Assembly: GCA_964638675.1 (NCBI GenBank)
Contig: CAZXAU010000004.1
Location: forward strand, 62,977-126,976
Length of the DNA stretch: 64,000 bases
Direction of reading: 5' to 3'
DNA from: an uncultured Lachnospiraceae bacterium
Lineage (GTDB): Bacteria; Bacillota; Clostridia; Oscillospirales; CAG-272
Numbering within the stretch: position 1 is the first letter of the stretch; each line of letters begins with the position of its first letter. Made by a program: the position numbers and the translations under genes. Of the stretch, positions 60,979-64,000 are shown piece by piece. Under the pieces are notes generated by a model. That model ran no database searches and was not told where the DNA came from. It was given only the letters and a program-made list of their open reading frames with translations.

Positions 60979-61920
60979 TTATATTTTTGTCTGAGAAATG
61001 ATATCCTTAAGACACTGCGCACTGTGACGGAGAAGGTCTTCTTCCGCAGGTGTGAGGGGGAGCATAATCTTTCCGCTCACAACACCGCTTCCGATGTTGC
61101 AAAGAACGCTCAGGCAGACATCATCTATACCGTATTCGCCGTGCATCATCGTTGAAACCGCAAGAGTTGTGTCAAGTCTGCCGAGGACAGCCTTGCACAG
61201 ATTGCATACAGCCATTGCTATAGCATAGTAGGTTGCTCCCTTGCACGCGATTACGTTTGCAGCTGTTTTTCTTACATACTCTTCAACTTCATTTGTATTG
61301 ATAGTCGGGAACTGACCTTCTTTGCAGATAAGCGGAGCATACTCGGTTACCGGTATTCCCGAAATGTTTGCAACAGACCAAGGAATGAACGAAGAATCTC
61401 CATGTTCGCCGAGAACATATGCGTGTACATTTGTCTGATTTATGTTGTAATATTCGGACATACGGCTACGCAGACGTGCTGTGTCAAGAAGTGTACCCGA
61501 GCCGATAATTCTGTTTTCGGGAATTCCCGAGAATTTGCAGAATGTATATGTCATGATATCGACAGGATTGCTTACGATGATATATGTAGCATCGGGAGCG
61601 TATTTTGTAATTTCAGCTGTTATCGATTTCATGATGTTGACATTGACCTGTGCAAGATCGAGTCTTGACTGACCGGGTTTTCTCGCAACGCCCGATGTGA
61701 TAACAACGATGTTCGAACCTGCGGCATCGGGGTAATCGCCCGAAACTACAGTGCAGGGATTGCAGAAGGGAGTTCCCTGACGTATGTCAAGTGCTTCACC
61801 GAGTGCCTTATCCTTGTTGATATCGATTAAAACAATTTCAGATGCCAAACCTGTGATGGTAAGGGTGTAAGCGATAGTGGAACCAACGCTTCCGGTTCCG
61901 ATAACTGTGATCTTGTTCAT
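60979..61920 (-). CDS. LDH-like malate dehydrogenase (probable)
   Basis: GTGSVG, GVARKPGQSRLDL (Arg at the specificity position), SNPVD, LDTAR, GEHGDS; first gene before fumC. Confidence 0.8.
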   Translation of the reverse strand: MNKITVIGTGSVGSTIAYTLTITGLASEIVLIDINKDKALGEALDIRQGTPFCNPCTVVSGDYPDAAGSNIVVITSGVARKPGQSRLDLAQVNVNIMKSITAEITKYAPDATYIIVSNPVDIMTYTFCKFSGIPENRIIGSGTLLDTARLRSRMSEYYNINQTNVHAYVLGEHGDSSFIPWSVANISGIPVTEYAPLICKEGQFPTINTNEVEEYVRKTAANVIACKGATYYAIAMAVCNLCKAVLGRLDTTLAVSTMMHGEYGIDDVCLSVLCNIGSGVVSGKIMLPLTPAEEDLLRHSAQCLKDIISQTKI

Positions 61921-62056
61921 GCTTTTTCTTCCTCTTCTCTTTATGTGATTATTAGGATGCTGTTTTTGGCGACGATCTGCCGCAGATATGCTGAAGTAAG
62001 CCGAAAATATCATGATCATAAAAGAGCTCGGCATAGATATCCAACATACTCATGCA

Positions 62057-62085
62057 ATTATAGCATAAAAGCTTGCATTTTACAA
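62057..62085 (-). promoter_or_regulatory. sigma-A promoter of the mdh-fumC-hdr-flx-frd operon
   Basis: Minus strand TTGTAA-17-TATAAT with TG extension. Confidence 0.65.
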
Positions 62086-62187
62086 GACCTATAATGCTAA
62101 AAATAAATACCACTTTAAGAATTTTTTTGGCTATTATTTGAGCATTTATGTGTAAATTATGGGTTATATCGATCATTACAAAGTAAA

Positions 62188-62230
62188 AGAGGCTGAGTCA
62201 TAAGCCTTTCTTCGGCAAATGACTCACCCC
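62188..62230. repeat. Palindromic repeat, family B, copy 2
   Basis: GGCTGAGTCATAAGCCTTTCTTCGGCAAATGACTCACCCC. Confidence 0.65.
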
Positions 62231-62309
62231 TTATATTAATATTTTACAGAATCGTCTTCGATCGATCGGTCTGCAGCTTATTTCGTAAAGAACAAATCAG
62301 AGATCAGCT

Positions 62310-63983
62310 TTAACCATTTAGTTCTTCATTCAGAATTATTTCAAGCTGTTTTTTCCATTCGATTCTCTTCGCACTCGTAACAAGAGGCCCGGAAATCAAT
62401 CCGCCTATGTTGTTTCTCAAATACCCCAAAGGAGATTCCGTTTGACTACCCATAAAACACCCCCATGCAAGAACGAAATCACTGTATATACGGCTGCGTA
62501 TGAAATCAAGCATTTCAGCTGCATTCCTGTTATCATCCGTTATGTATTTGCCCTTAAGGAATTCATTGTAAATAGCAGGTGTAACATATTGCTTTGAATA
62601 GAATCCGAGTGCTTCGAGAGTTGCCACAGCTATACGGATATTCTGAGATTCTGCCCAGATACCGAATTGATTTACACTGTCACCGGTTGTCGTATAATAA
62701 TTATCCTGGTTGTCATTTGATTTAGGCGGGGGAAGAATATAATAGTCGTCAGCCATATTATAAAGGTATCCTGCATGCCCGAGAGCAGACACAGTCATAA
62801 GCGCTTTTCCGTCAGCAAAGACATGCATGGCGGTTCTGTCCATCTTATATGATGGAAGGAACAGAGACTGAGAATTATTGTACAGATTTCCCGTTGCATC
62901 GGCATAGTTTTTGAAATCCTGTGTAGGATATTCGATCGAAGGCAGACCGTCTTTTTTTTGTGAGAATGTCACATGGCTTCCCGAGAACAGTCCGTCAACA
63001 ACTATATTGCTGATTCCGCAGGCTTTTGCATATCCGACAAATCCGACCTGATCGCCCTCATCAATCGTTCCATTGTCGTTAAGGTCTGTGTATAGAATCT
63101 CGTTAAGCTTCAACCAAAGGTCAATAGACCATTTGCCGCTTTTAACCACCTTGTATATATCCTCTTCGCCGTCGGTGTATTTTTTTATCTCATCAATATT
63201 TTCTTTCCAGAGTCTTTGGTTGACATATGATACATACATCGAGGTGACCCATGTCTGTGAAAGATCTCCGGTGAGCCAGAAGTTTTTACCGGAATATCCG
63301 AGGGTTTCGTAGGAATCCCTATCCCAATAGCCGCCGTCAAGATCAATAAACATGTCTTCTTCTTTAAGCGATGTAAGATCCAGCAGAAGACCGCCGGTAC
63401 TGCCGTAGTCAGTACCGAGTCCGAGATCAAAATATTGATAAGCTCCGATGATATCATATTGAAGATCGCTGTCCGGAGAGTATTTATATTCTCTTAGATG
63501 ATTAACCAACGCTCCCGGACTGACAGTCATATACACCTTCAGCTTTATATTGAGTTTTTCTTCAATTATTTCGTTGCGATGTTCAACTGCAATATTTACA
63601 GGGTCAGTTTCATGATAACCGACTTCTGATTTGTCAACGTAAATTGAGCGGGTTGCCAAGTCTCTGCCCGAAACAATAATTCCTACCTCTTCTTTATTGA
63701 ATCCGCCGTCTTCTATGATTTCTTTCAGCTTTGACGGCATGGGTACATCATCATAGCCAACGGTGACAGTATCGCATGTAGGCGTTGGTGTTGGTGTTGA
63801 ATTGCCGGGGATGTCGGTCGGACTTTCCGGAGTAACCGATGTGGGCGTTGGCGTACTTTGCCCCGAAGGTGTTGATGATATGGGCGTCTTTGAAGTTAAC
63901 GGCGTTTGCGGGTTTGTGCAAGATATAAACAGTGCTGACAGCATAAGGAACGCCATAACCAAAGATAAAATGCGCTTTGTCAT
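62310..63983 (-). CDS. Lipoprotein, extracellular solute-binding protein-like
   Basis: Lipobox FISC, P/T-rich linker, RN..IEEKLNI, V..GKWSID, DLNDNGTID EF-hand-like loop, LPPPK; GGAGG RBS. Confidence 0.82.
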   Translation of the reverse strand: MTKRILSLVMAFLMLSALFISCTNPQTPLTSKTPISSTPSGQSTPTPTSVTPESPTDIPGNSTPTPTPTCDTVTVGYDDVPMPSKLKEIIEDGGFNKEEVGIIVSGRDLATRSIYVDKSEVGYHETDPVNIAVEHRNEIIEEKLNIKLKVYMTVSPGALVNHLREYKYSPDSDLQYDIIGAYQYFDLGLGTDYGSTGGLLLDLTSLKEEDMFIDLDGGYWDRDSYETLGYSGKNFWLTGDLSQTWVTSMYVSYVNQRLWKENIDEIKKYTDGEEDIYKVVKSGKWSIDLWLKLNEILYTDLNDNGTIDEGDQVGFVGYAKACGISNIVVDGLFSGSHVTFSQKKDGLPSIEYPTQDFKNYADATGNLYNNSQSLFLPSYKMDRTAMHVFADGKALMTVSALGHAGYLYNMADDYYILPPPKSNDNQDNYYTTTGDSVNQFGIWAESQNIRIAVATLEALGFYSKQYVTPAIYNEFLKGKYITDDNRNAAEMLDFIRSRIYSDFVLAWGCFMGSQTESPLGYLRNNIGGLISGPLVTSAKRIEWKKQLEIILNEELNG

Positions 63984-64000
63984 TTTGTAGCTCCTCCAAA

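Noticed and set aside
61921-62050. Riboswitch or Rex box in the mdh operon leader
   Set aside because: Small stems are possible, but I recognise no aptamer consensus or Rex palindrome.

Overview
A 64-kb chromosomal window from a low-GC, probably spore-forming Clostridia-type anaerobe (inferred from gene content; most genes are on the minus strand). Core genes: cardiolipin synthase (partial), carD, a NUDIX hydrolase, mnmG, tRNA-Cys, pdxK with a divergent MocR regulator, a DtxR/MntR-regulated feoA-feoA-feoB operon, murE plus an ATP-grasp ligase, radA, a cwlD-like amidase, a xerC-like recombinase, rarA, radC, queA and an orphan mazF. There is also a 12.5-kb mdh-fumC-hdrBCA-flxDCBA-frdBA-exporter operon, a putative electron-bifurcating succinate pathway. 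Accessory DNA holds six XRE-HTH + helical-domain paralogues. The best candidates for undescribed biology are: (1) a gene whose N-terminus resembles the IscB PLMP/RRXRR RNA-binding domain, with a structured leader repeating its own RBS/start motif (15951-16132); (2) a ~100-bp conserved element repeated just 3' of three tandem, diverged XRE genes (16244-18830); (3) a radical SAM/SPASM enzyme coupled to a small lipoprotein with three [IL]AG-x-x-V repeats (31644-32869); and (4) a promoter-to-hairpin ~260-nt orphan transcript (9485-9784). All calls were made by eye from sequence motifs; no database searches were run.
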